This document shows positions 1 to 10,999 of a DNA stretch of 64,000 bases, piece after piece. The translations under genes and the position numbers were made by a program. The DNA is from an uncultured Bacteriovoracaceae bacterium. GTDB lineage: Bacteria; Bdellovibrionota; UBA1018. The notes under the pieces were generated by a model. The model did not search any database. It was given only the letters and a program-made list of their open reading frames with translations, and was not told the DNA's origin. Location: the NCBI GenBank assembly GCA_964358645.1, contig CAYHPW010000001.1, positions 62,264-126,263 of the forward strand, written 5' to 3'. Positions within the stretch are counted from its first letter, which is position 1. Every line of letters starts with the position of its first letter.

Positions 1-2008
1 GTCGACATCAAACTCTTGGCATATGATATGTAAACCGTCGGGTCGATTGTTTCACGTGACATCGCTTTTCTGTAAAATCTTTGCGCTTCAGCATACCGCC
101 CTTGTTTTTGATACATATCAGCGGCTGCCTTATCAATCGCACTTTGTGGAACAGATAGCTTCCTGAAGGTATCCATGGCATTTTGTGCCTCATTCCATTC
201 GTAACTCTGTATCAACACATTGATATATTTAGACCAAATTTTAATGTCTTTCGGTGCACGCCTGGTGGCCATGTGATAGTTTAATCTGGCATTGCCGATA
301 TCGCGCAACATAAGAAACATATCCCCCATTTTCACAAGCGGGGCTGGCGATGCATCATTTGCTCGCCTTGCCTCTAAAAACTGGATGAGTGCCTCTTGAT
401 ATTTGCCTTCTTTAAGTAATTTCTCCCCCTCTCCCATGAAAAAGTACATCCTCGCTTCTGGCCTTAATTTTTCAATAGCGTCCCCGGCTTTCGCCCTGAG
501 TTGGTAAAATTCAAGCAGATAATCATGATTTTCTGGAGCTAACTTCACAGCACGTTCAACATCCCCCAGGGCCTCATCCCATTTCTTGTGCATCTCATTT
601 AAGATCGCATGATAATAATATGCCTGTGCAAGACCCTGAGGCGGCACCAGTTGTACATTACCCACGATATAATCCAAATGGCCAGCAGCCTGCTGAAGAT
701 TATTGCGCTTATACATAAGTTCAGCAATTTGAAGTCTTGATTTAACGTGATCAGGACGCATTTGAATCGCTTTTTCAAATTCCCGCAACGCTCCATCGTC
801 ATCTGAGAGTTTTTTCAGTATCAGTCCACGAAGGTAAAAAACTTTGCAACTAAAAACCTTGTTATCCGGTATCTGTGAAACATACTTGGCAGCAGACTGA
901 AAATCGCCGCGCTGGTAATAAGTCAATGCTAAATAATAAAAAAGCTCTAAACCAAACTGGTTATGGGTCTTTGTATATTCAACAATCCTGTTCTGGGCGG
1001 CCTCAGGCTTGTTAACAGTAATAAAGAACTCAACATCGGCTATCACCGTTTCGGATAAATCTGTAGCCTTTGCGCGTGACATTTCTATTAATTTTGAAAT
1101 AACATTAAAATAATTATCATCCTTATTCGATGAATCTATAAGATTAAGATAACTTGACGCCAGCATGGCCAATGCTTTTATATTGTCGGCATCCATTGAG
1201 ATAGCAGTATCAAACATCCGTGCCGCCAAGCGATATCCATCGACATTATCTAATACGTAATACCGGATACCATCCTCGTACGATTTTACGCTTTTTTCAG
1301 GATCTGGTTTTATTTTTGAAAAGGCGGGCAGCCTTGGCTTGATTATCTGTACCCGGAAAGACGCACCTTGTTTTTCTGGTAAAAAAAGTTCTGCCGCAAC
1401 ACCAAGGATGGCCAGCAATACGGCTATTGTCCGCATGATGTTTTTAGTTCTCGGTTTATTAAATTTTTCAAAATGCCTGCCCATTTTCAACATCTGTTCA
1501 GGTAAGATAGCAGGACGAAAAACAATGGTCTCTTCCTTTGATATGGTCTTTTCTCGAGAAACCACATTCAATTCAACGCCTGAAACATCATTAACATCAA
1601 AGCCTTGGTGATCCTCTTTAACCAGTGCCGGTGCTACCTCAACAGGAGGATTTGCTTTTACGTCATCTACTTTAGCAGCATCTTGTAATAACTCTGGGAT
1701 TGACCCAAATTTTTCGCTACCAACTAAGGCTTCCGTCGCGCCTGGTAATACCCGTGTTGTAGTTAGATCTTTATTAGACAAATTACTCTGTCGACCTTTA
1801 ACCCCGACAGAAAGTTTTACTAAAAGCAATGTTGCCAGTTCTGGGATTTGGCTGATTTCTCTCCACTCTCCATGTGGATATTCACGAGCTGTTTCCGTAC
1901 CTACAATGTGGTTCTTTTTTATTAGAATCCCGACTCTATCAAGATCCACAGGCCCTATTATGCGGCCAGAACCAAGTTTAATCTTATACAACGACCCAGA
2001 GGCCATTT
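1..2008 (-). CDS. TPR-repeat protein with one predicted TM segment (partial; 3' end runs off window start)
   Basis: Hand translation of minus strand from ATG at 2006-2008 gives a continuous reading frame to position 1. Repeated TPR-like A/Y/L-rich 34-residue motifs. ORF track lists nothing because the ORF is not closed inside the window. Confidence 0.5.
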
Positions 2009-2048
2009 ATCAATTTCCTCCACGGCGCTGGCTTAATGGTGAGGAATG

Positions 2049-3554
2049 CTAAATACTGGCAATTGCTTTTTTAGCGACCGACACGGTACGCGCCGGTAGC
2101 ACGCCTATATGCAACGTAAGCACCACCATAGCGGCAACCAAAATCGCTGCCATGGTGGGAACCCGCGCCTCCCCAGCGCCTACAACAGGATCCCTCATGT
2201 AAATGTACACCAGAACCCTAAGATAATAGTACACCGAAATAGCGCTACAGAGCACGGCTATTACCACGAGAGGTACTTCATTAGCCTGGACTGCCGAATA
2301 AAATATAAGGTATTTCGCGGCAAATCCGGCCGTTGGAGGCACTCCGGCTAATGAAAAGAAAAAAATCGCCATTGAAAAAGCTAACCACGGGTGGCGCTTC
2401 GATAACCCTGCCATATCATGTAAATTCAACCCACTATCCGCGCGGCGGGCTAAAACAGTTAATACGACAAAGGCACCCATATTCATTACAATATAGCTTA
2501 CCAGATACATAACGACTGAGGAGTAGCCCTCTTCACTTTGCGCGCCTGATAAAATACCTATCAATATATAACCAGAATGGGCGATTGATGAATATGCAAG
2601 CAGCCTTTTAAGATTCGTTTGCGTGAGCGCTATAAGATTACCAACAACCATTGTTAACACCGCACACCACCAAAGTATCTCATGCAGGTGGGCGTCTAGT
2701 ATGGCTGATAAATTCTGTCCATAACCCAAATAAAGAAATATCCTTAAAAATACGGCAAATGCAGCTGCTTTAAGGCCGGTTGTCATAAAACCGGTAACTG
2801 GTACCGGTGCGCCTTCATAAACATCGGGCATCCACATATGAAAAGGAACACACGCAACCTTAAATAGAAAGCCGATCAATACCAACCCTACTCCCAAGTT
2901 AAACACCGTAGTAAAAACAACAGGGTTGTTCTGCACAAGATTAAGTATAGACCTGACGTCTGTATATCCGGTGGCTCCGTAAAGCAGTGCTGTCCCATAA
3001 AGCAGGACCGCTGACGCCGCGGACCCAAGGATAAAATACTTCATTGCCGCTTCGTTTGAACGCCTATCGTTTCTTCTAAATCCTACTAAAACATAAACAG
3101 CAAGCGACATCACTTCCAGGGAAATAAAGACCACCAATAAATCAGTAGCAGATGATAAAAGCATCATGCCAAAAGCAGAAAACATCAGAAGCAAATAATA
3201 TTCCGGGTGATGAAGTTTTTCTTGTTCAAGATAATTCAAAGATACAAGTGCTGTAATAGATGCGGCCAACAAAAAAATAATATTGAAAAAATTTGAATAC
3301 GCATCGGAAACCATCATGCCATTAAATAGGGTAACCGGGTCAGCGTGGAGCAACGCCGACGACGCTTTAGCGCCAACCACCGCAGTTAAAAGAAGCACCA
3401 GCAAAACACCCAGTCGCGAAAAATCTTTTCTAATTGCCGCAATCAGCGTGCCCATCAAAATACCAGCTAACACCACAATGTACGGGAACAACGCCTCAAT
3501 TTGTTTGCCAGTTAATGACAATAATTCCGGCTTAATTGTTATCAAGGTGTCCAT
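2049..3554 (-). CDS. nuoN: NADH-quinone oxidoreductase subunit N
   Basis: 501-aa polytopic membrane protein with the antiporter-like motif FHMWMPDVYEGAPVPV. Last gene of a syntenic nuo operon. Confidence 0.9.
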   Translation of the reverse strand: MDTLITIKPELLSLTGKQIEALFPYIVVLAGILMGTLIAAIRKDFSRLGVLLVLLLTAVVGAKASSALLHADPVTLFNGMMVSDAYSNFFNIIFLLAASITALVSLNYLEQEKLHHPEYYLLLMFSAFGMMLLSSATDLLVVFISLEVMSLAVYVLVGFRRNDRRSNEAAMKYFILGSAASAVLLYGTALLYGATGYTDVRSILNLVQNNPVVFTTVFNLGVGLVLIGFLFKVACVPFHMWMPDVYEGAPVPVTGFMTTGLKAAAFAVFLRIFLYLGYGQNLSAILDAHLHEILWWCAVLTMVVGNLIALTQTNLKRLLAYSSIAHSGYILIGILSGAQSEEGYSSVVMYLVSYIVMNMGAFVVLTVLARRADSGLNLHDMAGLSKRHPWLAFSMAIFFFSLAGVPPTAGFAAKYLIFYSAVQANEVPLVVIAVLCSAISVYYYLRVLVYIYMRDPVVGAGEARVPTMAAILVAAMVVLTLHIGVLPARTVSVAKKAIASI

Positions 3555-5149
3555 CAGTATATTCCCTTATCCTGTTTAGTCATGGCTTGTATAACATGTG
3601 TAGCCGCTGGGTTCGTGGCATATTCTGTCACTACTGTACTTCTGGTGGATCGAACCAAAAATCTGTCTACTGACTGGTTTAATTTATCAAATACGAAGTT
3701 AGGGTATATCCCCATTACAAAAACAGCCACAATGAGCGGGATCAAAGCTATAAGCTCTCTAAAAGATAAGTCATGTAGCACAGAATTTTCTTTCTTATTT
3801 ATCTGCCCAAACATTACTCTCTCAAACATCCACAACATATACACCGCACCAAAGATCGTCCCTAAGGCCGCTATGACGGTCAACCCAGGATTTACAGCCC
3901 AAGCTCCCAAGAGGATCATGAATTCACCAATAAACCCGTTTGTCCCCGGCAAGGCAATTGATGATAAAGTGAAGATCATAAATGCCACGGCAAACAGTGG
4001 CATTGCCCTGGCGATTCCTCCAAATTCTGAAATCATCTTGGTATGCCTGCGCTCATAAATCATCCCAACAATAAGAAAGAGCGCTCCGGTTGAAACACCA
4101 TGATTTAACATCTGGTAATAGGCTCCGGTGACTGAGAGAGAATTTAAGGTGAATAGTCCAAAAACAACGTACCCCATATGACTAACGGATGAGTAGGCAA
4201 CAAGTTTCTTCATGTCGGGCTGAACCATGGCAACACATGCTCCATAAACTACCGCCACTGCTCCTAAAATCATGAATGGTACCTGGAATAAACTTACTGC
4301 TTGTGGAAAAAGCGGGAATGCCAAACGCATGAAGCCGTACCCACCCATCTTTAATAAAATAGCGGCCAGAATCACGCTCCCGGCCGTCGGAGCCTGCACG
4401 TGCGCATCAGGCAGCCAAGTATGCAATGGAAAAAGTGGTACCTTCACCGCAAATGCTAAGGCAAAAGCAAGGAAAAGAATTGACTGTGTTGACCAAAAGC
4501 CATCCCCAGGTAATTGTAATTTGTACAAATCCGTTATTCCCATCGAATACACGCCGAATTGATGCTTATACTGGTAGGCCAAATAAAAAATCGCAACTAG
4601 CATTAGAAGTGATCCAACTAGCGTATAAAGAAAAAATTTCATAGCTGCATAAACACGCTCATTAGCCCCCCAGATGCCTATGAGAAAATACATCGGGATA
4701 AGCATTGATTCCCAGAACACATAAAACAAGAACACATCAAGCGCTACAAAGGCGCCAAGCATCCCGCTTTCAAGTAATAACAATAGAAAATAATATTCTT
4801 TGATCCTATCTTCTATCCCCTTAAATGACCCCAAAACTGCTATCGGCATCAGCGTAGTAGTAAGAAGTACTAGCCATAAACTGATGCCATCAATTCCTAG
4901 ACTATAAGAAATACCAAAGGCTGGCACCCATTCCGTCTTTTCAATGAATTGAAATTCTGCCCCGGATGGCGCATACCCCCGATAGGCTAGGAATGAAACA
5001 CCCAGTGTTATTAATGTTGTCAAGAGGGTCCACACTTTGATCGCTGTTTTTCCGGTTTCACTCCCAGATGGGATCAACAAGCCTAAAACACCTAGGGCCA
5101 CTGGGAGAAAAACGATTGTTGTCAAAACATGCGAATCAAACCATTCCAT
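3554..5149 (-). CDS. nuoM: NADH-quinone oxidoreductase subunit M
   Basis: 531 aa with motif HTWLPDAHVQAPTAGSVILAA. Position between nuoL and nuoN. Confidence 0.9.
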   Translation of the reverse strand: MEWFDSHVLTTIVFLPVALGVLGLLIPSGSETGKTAIKVWTLLTTLITLGVSFLAYRGYAPSGAEFQFIEKTEWVPAFGISYSLGIDGISLWLVLLTTTLMPIAVLGSFKGIEDRIKEYYFLLLLLESGMLGAFVALDVFLFYVFWESMLIPMYFLIGIWGANERVYAAMKFFLYTLVGSLLMLVAIFYLAYQYKHQFGVYSMGITDLYKLQLPGDGFWSTQSILFLAFALAFAVKVPLFPLHTWLPDAHVQAPTAGSVILAAILLKMGGYGFMRLAFPLFPQAVSLFQVPFMILGAVAVVYGACVAMVQPDMKKLVAYSSVSHMGYVVFGLFTLNSLSVTGAYYQMLNHGVSTGALFLIVGMIYERRHTKMISEFGGIARAMPLFAVAFMIFTLSSIALPGTNGFIGEFMILLGAWAVNPGLTVIAALGTIFGAVYMLWMFERVMFGQINKKENSVLHDLSFRELIALIPLIVAVFVMGIYPNFVFDKLNQSVDRFLVRSTRSTVVTEYATNPAATHVIQAMTKQDKGIY

Positions 5150-7154
5150 ACAGCAAGTACCCCATACTAATCACAAGACCCAATAATAGAATAAAGGCAT
5201 AAAATTGAACTGAGCCAGTTTGGGCAATCCTAGCGGCTTGGCCGGTAAGCTGTGATATCCTTCCAAAACCAAGAACCGTCTTGTCAATCACACCCATATC
5301 CACGGACTTCCACAGGGACACCGAAAGTGTCTTTATTGGTTTTATAAAAAATACATTATAAATTTCATCTATGTACCACTTATTAAATGCAACTTTATAA
5401 AGAGCACTCCACTTAGTAGCCCATCTCTCCATCACGGCTAGATCTTTATATGCCCTCAACGCAAAATAAATCCCAAATCCTGCTCCAGCAACGCTAACCC
5501 CCATTAAAATCCATTCCATATTGCCGTGCGCGCCTCCGGCCTGCGCATGACTAACGACAACTGGCTCAAGCCAATGCTCAATCCAGCTTAGGTGTGGTAT
5601 TCCGATTAGACCGCCAAATAAACTAAGAACAGCAAGAACCTGCAGCGATACAACCATCGTCCAAGGCGACTCGTGTACCTCATTACCTACATTATGCTCT
5701 GTATGTTTATCGCTGGCTTTTCCGATATGGGCTATTGTTGAATTTTTCTTGGCCGGTTTGTAGCGAGAATCCCCTAAAAAAGTCAGCGAAAAAAGTCTGG
5801 TCATATAAAATGCTGTCATAACCGCAGTCAGTGCCCCCAGCCCCCATAAAAACTTGGAACCATGTGGTGAACTGTATGCCTGCCATAAGATTTCATCTTT
5901 GGAAAAAAAACCAGAAAACGGCGGGATCCCACAAATAGCAAGCCAGCCGGCAGCAAACGTCAAAAAAGTGCGCGGCATTTTTGATTTCAAGCCGCCCATT
6001 TTAAAAATATTTTGTTCCTCGTGTAGACCATGAATCACGCTGCCTGCGCCCAGGAATAATAACGCCTTAAAAAATGCGTGCGTCACGACATGTGTTACTC
6101 CGGCCGAAAAAGCTCCCACCCCACACCCTAAAAACATGTAACCAAGTTGTGAAACGGTCGAATAGGCAAGAACTCTTTTAATATCCTGCTGAACAATCGC
6201 GATTGTGGCCGCAAAAAATGCGGTAAGTGCTCCTATGATAGCTACAAAATGAAGCGCTACCGGCGATAAGCTATAGATAAAACTTAACCTAGAGACAAGA
6301 TAGATCCCAGACGTAACCATGGTTGCTGCATGAATCAATGCCGAAACAGGAGTGGGGCCAGCCATAGCATCAGGGAGCCAAACATAGAGTGGAATTTGTG
6401 CCGATTTTCCCATGCAGCCCACGAACAATAAAATGCAAATCGTTGTAATGAGAGCGCTGCCCGCGCCACCGGCCAGTCCGGCACCATGCCCTTGCGCGAT
6501 AGCGTCATACAGTTTGGAAAAATCAAGCGTCCCAAAATTCTGAAAAATTAGGAACATCCCCAGCAAAAAACCAAAATCACCTATCCTGTTTACAACAAAA
6601 GCTTTCTTGCCAGCCCTAGCCTTTTCGATGTCGTCATACCAATAACCGATAAGCAGATAACTACAAAGTCCTACACCCTCCCATCCAAGGAAAAGTATTG
6701 GTAGTGACGATCCAAGAACCAGCACAAGCATCGCAAAACAAAATAAGTTCAAATATGCGAAAAATTTCCCTGGGCTTGGGTCATGCCCCATATATCCTAT
6801 AGAATAAAAGTGTATAAGGAAACCAACCCCAGTAACTACTAGCGTGAATACTGATGCTAATGCGTCCAACCGCAACGCCACTTGAAGATCAAATGCTCCA
6901 GAAGACGTTGCTATTGTTATCCAATGAAACAGCGTCTGCTCAATAACTCGACCTTCCGTTGGCGCACCCTTAAGCTGCAGAAAAAGCAAGACGGAAACCA
7001 AAAAAGACATGAATATGCTCAGCGTTGCTATGGTGCCGGTAATAACAGCTCCGGCTTTTGGTTGTCCTTGGCGGGACTGAAAAAAAGCGTACCAAATCCC
7101 ATTTATCAAGAAACCAATCAAAGGGAAAAGTGGTATTAGCACTAACATTTTCAC
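5136..7154 (-). CDS. nuoL: NADH-quinone oxidoreductase subunit L
   Basis: 672 aa with WLPDAMAGPTPVSALIHAATMV and HAFFKALLFLGAGSVIH motifs, plus the C-terminal long-helix region (WYIDEIYN...). Confidence 0.9.
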   Translation of the reverse strand: MKMLVLIPLFPLIGFLINGIWYAFFQSRQGQPKAGAVITGTIATLSIFMSFLVSVLLFLQLKGAPTEGRVIEQTLFHWITIATSSGAFDLQVALRLDALASVFTLVVTGVGFLIHFYSIGYMGHDPSPGKFFAYLNLFCFAMLVLVLGSSLPILFLGWEGVGLCSYLLIGYWYDDIEKARAGKKAFVVNRIGDFGFLLGMFLIFQNFGTLDFSKLYDAIAQGHGAGLAGGAGSALITTICILLFVGCMGKSAQIPLYVWLPDAMAGPTPVSALIHAATMVTSGIYLVSRLSFIYSLSPVALHFVAIIGALTAFFAATIAIVQQDIKRVLAYSTVSQLGYMFLGCGVGAFSAGVTHVVTHAFFKALLFLGAGSVIHGLHEEQNIFKMGGLKSKMPRTFLTFAAGWLAICGIPPFSGFFSKDEILWQAYSSPHGSKFLWGLGALTAVMTAFYMTRLFSLTFLGDSRYKPAKKNSTIAHIGKASDKHTEHNVGNEVHESPWTMVVSLQVLAVLSLFGGLIGIPHLSWIEHWLEPVVVSHAQAGGAHGNMEWILMGVSVAGAGFGIYFALRAYKDLAVMERWATKWSALYKVAFNKWYIDEIYNVFFIKPIKTLSVSLWKSVDMGVIDKTVLGFGRISQLTGQAARIAQTGSVQFYAFILLLGLVISMGYLLYGMV

Positions 7155-7459
7155 TCCTTAAGCATCCTGATATCGTCTGTATCAACGCTTCTAAGCGTCC
7201 TGAACATTGCTATCAAAAGACCTAAACCAACTGCAGATTCCGCCGCTGCAACAGTAATAATGAAAAAAACAGACATTTGCCCACCTGGGTGGGCTAATTG
7301 TTTTGAAAACGTAACGAAAGAAAGGTTAACGGCATTGAGCATGAGTTCTATACTCATTAATACGATCAGGATATTTCTCCGGATAAGCAATCCGACAAAT
7401 CCAATAAAAAAAATCATTGAACAAAATGATAAAATCACCCACGGTTCAACTTTAGGCAT
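7151..7459 (-). CDS. nuoK: NADH-quinone oxidoreductase subunit K
   Basis: 102-aa, 3-TM protein with a conserved Glu-containing helix (LIVLMSIELMLNAVNL). Synteny. Confidence 0.85.
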   Translation of the reverse strand: MPKVEPWVILSFCSMIFFIGFVGLLIRRNILIVLMSIELMLNAVNLSFVTFSKQLAHPGGQMSVFFIITVAAAESAVGLGLLIAMFRTLRSVDTDDIRMLKE

Positions 7460-8003
7460 TGTGCCCTCCGGATTCGTTCTGTGATGGCTTCCGTCTCGCG
7501 ATGGCTACCGCCCCGACTATCGCCACAAGCAAAACGACCGATGTCAGCTCAAAAGGTAAAATATACTCTGAAAACATCATTTCTGATATAACCCGCGTAT
7601 TACCACCGGCCGCTTCAATTCGGTCGATCGTAAAATTTCCAGTAAATTTTGGCGGGGGATTATGCCTGAAAGCCCAAACAAACACGCAAAGCCCCAGGGC
7701 GCCGGCCGCAACAGCTAACAACCTATATATTTTACCTGCGCGAGCAATATCCAAAGATACAACGTCTGAATTAAGCAGCATTATCACAAATATAAAAAGA
7801 ACCATTATGGCGCCGGCATAAACAAGAATCTGGATTGCCGCTACAAGATGGGCATCAAGCAATGCATAAATACCAGCGAATGAAAAAAACACCAATATCA
7901 GACTGAATGCACTAGATACCGGATTTTTTTTCAATATAACAAACAACGACCCCGCTATTGCAAGCCCTGCGAAAAGATAAAAAAAGCATGGAGAGATATC
8001 CAT
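7452..8003 (-). CDS. nuoJ: NADH-quinone oxidoreductase subunit J
   Basis: 183-aa membrane protein in a position consistent with nuoJ. Confidence 0.8.
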   Translation of the reverse strand: MDISPCFFYLFAGLAIAGSLFVILKKNPVSSAFSLILVFFSFAGIYALLDAHLVAAIQILVYAGAIMVLFIFVIMLLNSDVVSLDIARAGKIYRLLAVAAGALGLCVFVWAFRHNPPPKFTGNFTIDRIEAAGGNTRVISEMMFSEYILPFELTSVVLLVAIVGAVAIARRKPSQNESGGHNA

Positions 8004-8446
8004 TACTTACTCCCCCTCTGTTCGAGTAAAAATTCCTTGTCATAGATCGGTCTACTGGTACAACTCATCTCATAAATCGTGCTTAATTTTATCGCGTCCT
8101 TCGGGCATGCCTCTTCACACATCCCACAAAAACAACATCTAAGAACATCAATATCGAACCTAACTGGATATTTTTCCTTATCAGGCCTTTCAGCGGCTTC
8201 GATATGAATACATTCAGCAGGACACACCGTGGGGCACAGCATGCATGCTGTACAATTTTCCACGCCATTTGTGGCCTTAATATAATGCATCCCGCGGAAG
8301 CGTTCGGAATACTTTCGGCGTTCTTCCGGGTATTCGATTGTCACCTTTGGCGCAAAAAATAAGTTCTTAATAGTAATACCAAGTCCGCGAGCTATCTCGA
8401 TCACGTAAAACTGCTGTAAAAAATTCTTCTTCCCTTTAACAATCAT
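8003..8446 (-). CDS. nuoI: NADH-quinone oxidoreductase subunit I (2x[4Fe-4S] ferredoxin-like)
   Basis: 147 aa with two CxxCxxCxxxCP motifs (CTACMLCPTVCP and CCFCGMCEEACP). Confidence 0.9.
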   Translation of the reverse strand: MIVKGKKNFLQQFYVIEIARGLGITIKNLFFAPKVTIEYPEERRKYSERFRGMHYIKATNGVENCTACMLCPTVCPAECIHIEAAERPDKEKYPVRFDIDVLRCCFCGMCEEACPKDAIKLSTIYEMSCTSRPIYDKEFLLEQRGSK

Positions 8447-8449
8447 CGC

Positions 8450-9538
8450 CTAAACCCATCCAAAATAAATAATAAGTGTAGTCACGCAAATGTTGGCCAT
8501 AGAAAGGGGCAAAAGCACCTTCCATCCGAAATCCATAAGTTGGTCATACCGAAATCTCGGCAATGTCCACCGCACCCAAACAAACAACCACATAAAAAAT
8601 CCAACCTTTAGAAAAAAAGACGTCATTTCAAGAATAACGCGGGCCCAATCATGCGACATCCCTGTTAGTGGTAAAGCACCAAGCAACCACCCCATTCCAG
8701 GCAAGAGTTGCCATCCACCGAAATAAAGCGTCGCTAGCAATCCTGACGCCGTAAACATATTCATGTACTCAGCCATAAAAAACATCGCGAATTTTATAGA
8801 GCCATACTCAAGATGATATCCCGCTATGATTTCTGACTCCCCCTCGGGTAGATCAAACGGCAGTCTGTTGGTTTCCGCATAAAGTGTTGTTAAAAATATG
8901 ACAAACCCGAGGGGTTGTATAAAAATCCCCCACTTAGGAACGGTAAACCCGCCAATTTGGCTAAGCGCCTGCCCCTGTGCGCTTACAATCTCGCCTAGGT
9001 CTATACTTGAAAAAGCCATTACTATTCCAATAATCGAAAGGCCCATTGAAACTTCATAGCTGATCATCTGTGAAGAGCTCCGGAGGCTGCCAAGAAGTGA
9101 AAATTTATTATTTGAGGACCAGCCGGACATGATGATCCCATAAATTCCAAGTGAAGCTATCGAAAAAATATAAAGCAATCCTACATTAAGGTCAGCAGCC
9201 TGAAATGTAATCACTCTTTCCCCAATTTGGATCGGGCCAGCAAAAGGGATCACAGCAAAAGTCATAAACGCCGGAACTAGTGCCATCAGCGGCGCTAATA
9301 CGTAATATGTCTTTGACACATGCGCTGGAACCGGGTCTTCTTTCCATAAAAATTTTACTACGTCCGCCAGCGGTTGGATGAGCCCAAGAGGGCCTACTCT
9401 GTTCGGCCCAAGGCGATTCTGTATCAATGCTGAACCACGCCTCTCAACCCATGCCATTATTGGAACAGTTGTTAAAAGTACAACCGCAACAAAAATCACC
9501 TTCACAACCATCACGCTCAAACTAAAAGCAGTCATCAC
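8450..9538 (-). CDS. nuoH: NADH-quinone oxidoreductase subunit H
   Basis: 362 aa with NuoH/ND1 signature RLGPNRVGPLGLIQPLADVVKF. Confidence 0.9.
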   Translation of the reverse strand: MMTAFSLSVMVVKVIFVAVVLLTTVPIMAWVERRGSALIQNRLGPNRVGPLGLIQPLADVVKFLWKEDPVPAHVSKTYYVLAPLMALVPAFMTFAVIPFAGPIQIGERVITFQAADLNVGLLYIFSIASLGIYGIIMSGWSSNNKFSLLGSLRSSSQMISYEVSMGLSIIGIVMAFSSIDLGEIVSAQGQALSQIGGFTVPKWGIFIQPLGFVIFLTTLYAETNRLPFDLPEGESEIIAGYHLEYGSIKFAMFFMAEYMNMFTASGLLATLYFGGWQLLPGMGWLLGALPLTGMSHDWARVILEMTSFFLKVGFFMWLFVWVRWTLPRFRYDQLMDFGWKVLLPLSMANICVTTLIIYFGWV

Positions 9539-10999
9539 TTATAGCTCCAGGACTTTCTCTTTCTTGCCAGTATTACTTTCTGTTGTGGCTTTAAGCTCTC
9601 CCGCTTGCCACAAAGACAATACATCTTCCACCGCCATGCTTTGACCTACTGGCTTTATGGCCGGTGAAATTTTTTGTTCCCGCCCCTCAAAATTAATTAT
9701 AGTACCTTTCTTTTCGGCGAAACTTAACCCAGGTAAAATCACCCGGAAGTCTTTCGCTTGTTGTTGAAGGAAAACACCTATACCAATTATCGTTTTAATC
9801 CCTTTTAAATTTGGCAATACGGCACGTCCGCCGCGGAATATAACCGCCGTATCAACACCTACTGGAGTATGCTCAAATCCTTTAAGGCCCATCTTTTCTA
9901 ACCCACAGAGATTTGATGTTTTGCTTTTCATCTTAAGAATTTCATCTTCGTACCCATCATTAGTAGAGGAATAAATCCCTGGGGTGCCAAAATGAAATGT
10001 GGTTGTGTCTTTAAAATTTTGCTTTAAAAAATTAAGTATCTCCGCAGTCTCTTCCAAAGTCATATCAGACCCTATTAGAACCAACGGCTTTTTACCGGTT
10101 ACTGCATTTTTAGCTATACCTAAGGACTCTTCCCATCGGGATGCGGAAAGCCCTTCTCCTTTATGTACCTGTGGGTTGCAGATTCTTTTCTCATCATTAA
10201 CATATTGAAAATTGAATCTTCCCTCATCGCAAAGCCAGTATTTATTTATTTCTAAGTTTTCCCGTGCAATACAACGGTAAATAATATTTCCGTCCTGTTG
10301 GATTTCCATATTACACCCACGAGAGCACCCCTCACAAATCGTCGCTGTTTTCTTGAGAAACCAAGCCCGCTTCTTAAACCTGAAATCCTTCAGTGTAAGC
10401 GACCCTGTCGGACAAATATCAGAATAATTTCCGGCATACTCCGTCTCAAGCGGTATGCCATTCATGGTGCTGATCTCAGTATTGTTTCCCCTGCGTGTGG
10501 CCACCATCTCTCTAATACCGGCAATTTCATCTCCAAAACGAATACAACGGGTGCAATGAATGCATCTGTTCATGTTCTTTTTGATAACAGGCCCCATGTC
10601 TAAATCAGCATAGGTGCGCCTTTCTTCGGTATAACGTGAATACGCATCTCCATAGGTATACGAAAAATCTTGCAGATCACATTCTCCGGATTTGTCACAA
10701 ATTGGACAATCTAATGGGTGATTTATCAGCAAAAATTCCATCACTGATTTCTGATTTTTTTTGGCCCGCTCTGACTGTGTTTTAACAATCATACCATCGG
10801 TGGCAGGAGTAGAACACGCCGCCTGAAGTTTCGGCATCTTCTCTATTTCAACAGCACACATCCTGCACTGGCCAACCACTGATAAACCTGGGTGATAGCA
10901 AAAATACGGTATCTTTACCCCAACTCTTTTCGCAACCTCTATCAGATTTTCGCCGGGTTTAAATTCAACCTCACGACCGTCAATCACGCATTTGGGCAT
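9539..10999 (-). CDS. nuoG: NADH-quinone oxidoreductase subunit G (short form, 486 aa)
   Basis: N-terminal 2Fe-2S and 4Fe-4S cysteine motifs ([29 protein letters not shown]). Much shorter than the roughly 700-900-aa NuoG of many bacteria. Confidence 0.85.
   Translation of the reverse strand: MPKCVIDGREVEFKPGENLIEVAKRVGVKIPYFCYHPGLSVVGQCRMCAVEIEKMPKLQAACSTPATDGMIVKTQSERAKKNQKSVMEFLLINHPLDCPICDKSGECDLQDFSYTYGDAYSRYTEERRTYADLDMGPVIKKNMNRCIHCTRCIRFGDEIAGIREMVATRRGNNTEISTMNGIPLETEYAGNYSDICPTGSLTLKDFRFKKRAWFLKKTATICEGCSRGCNMEIQQDGNIIYRCIARENLEINKYWLCDEGRFNFQYVNDEKRICNPQVHKGEGLSASRWEESLGIAKNAVTGKKPLVLIGSDMTLEETAEILNFLKQNFKDTTTFHFGTPGIYSSTNDGYEDEILKMKSKTSNLCGLEKMGLKGFEHTPVGVDTAVIFRGGRAVLPNLKGIKTIIGIGVFLQQQAKDFRVILPGLSFAEKKGTIINFEGREQKISPAIKPVGQSMAVEDVLSLWQAGELKATTESNTGKKEKVLEL

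Noticed and set aside
1-6. GTCGAC (SalI site) at position 1 as a possible cloning junction of a fosmid/cosmid insert.
   Set aside because: A 6-bp site occurs by chance (it also appears at about 1791 and about 35118), so the sequence alone cannot support this.
1339-1611. Plus-strand 90-aa ORF at the start of the window.
   Set aside because: It sits inside the long minus-strand TPR-protein reading frame that runs off the window edge, so it is spurious.
3582-4058. Many ORFs of 60 aa or longer on the strand opposite to nuo, gyr, mfd, uvrA and similar genes, and nested same-strand ORFs (for example 2109..2351, 3582..4058, 6882..7139, 10298..10603, 25612..26013, 33044..33331, 35995..36180, 39286..39681, 58402..58731).
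   Set aside because: They lie entirely inside long ORFs that have clear family signatures. They show low-complexity or odd composition, no recognisable motifs and no ribosome-binding context, so they are antisense or shadow ORFs.
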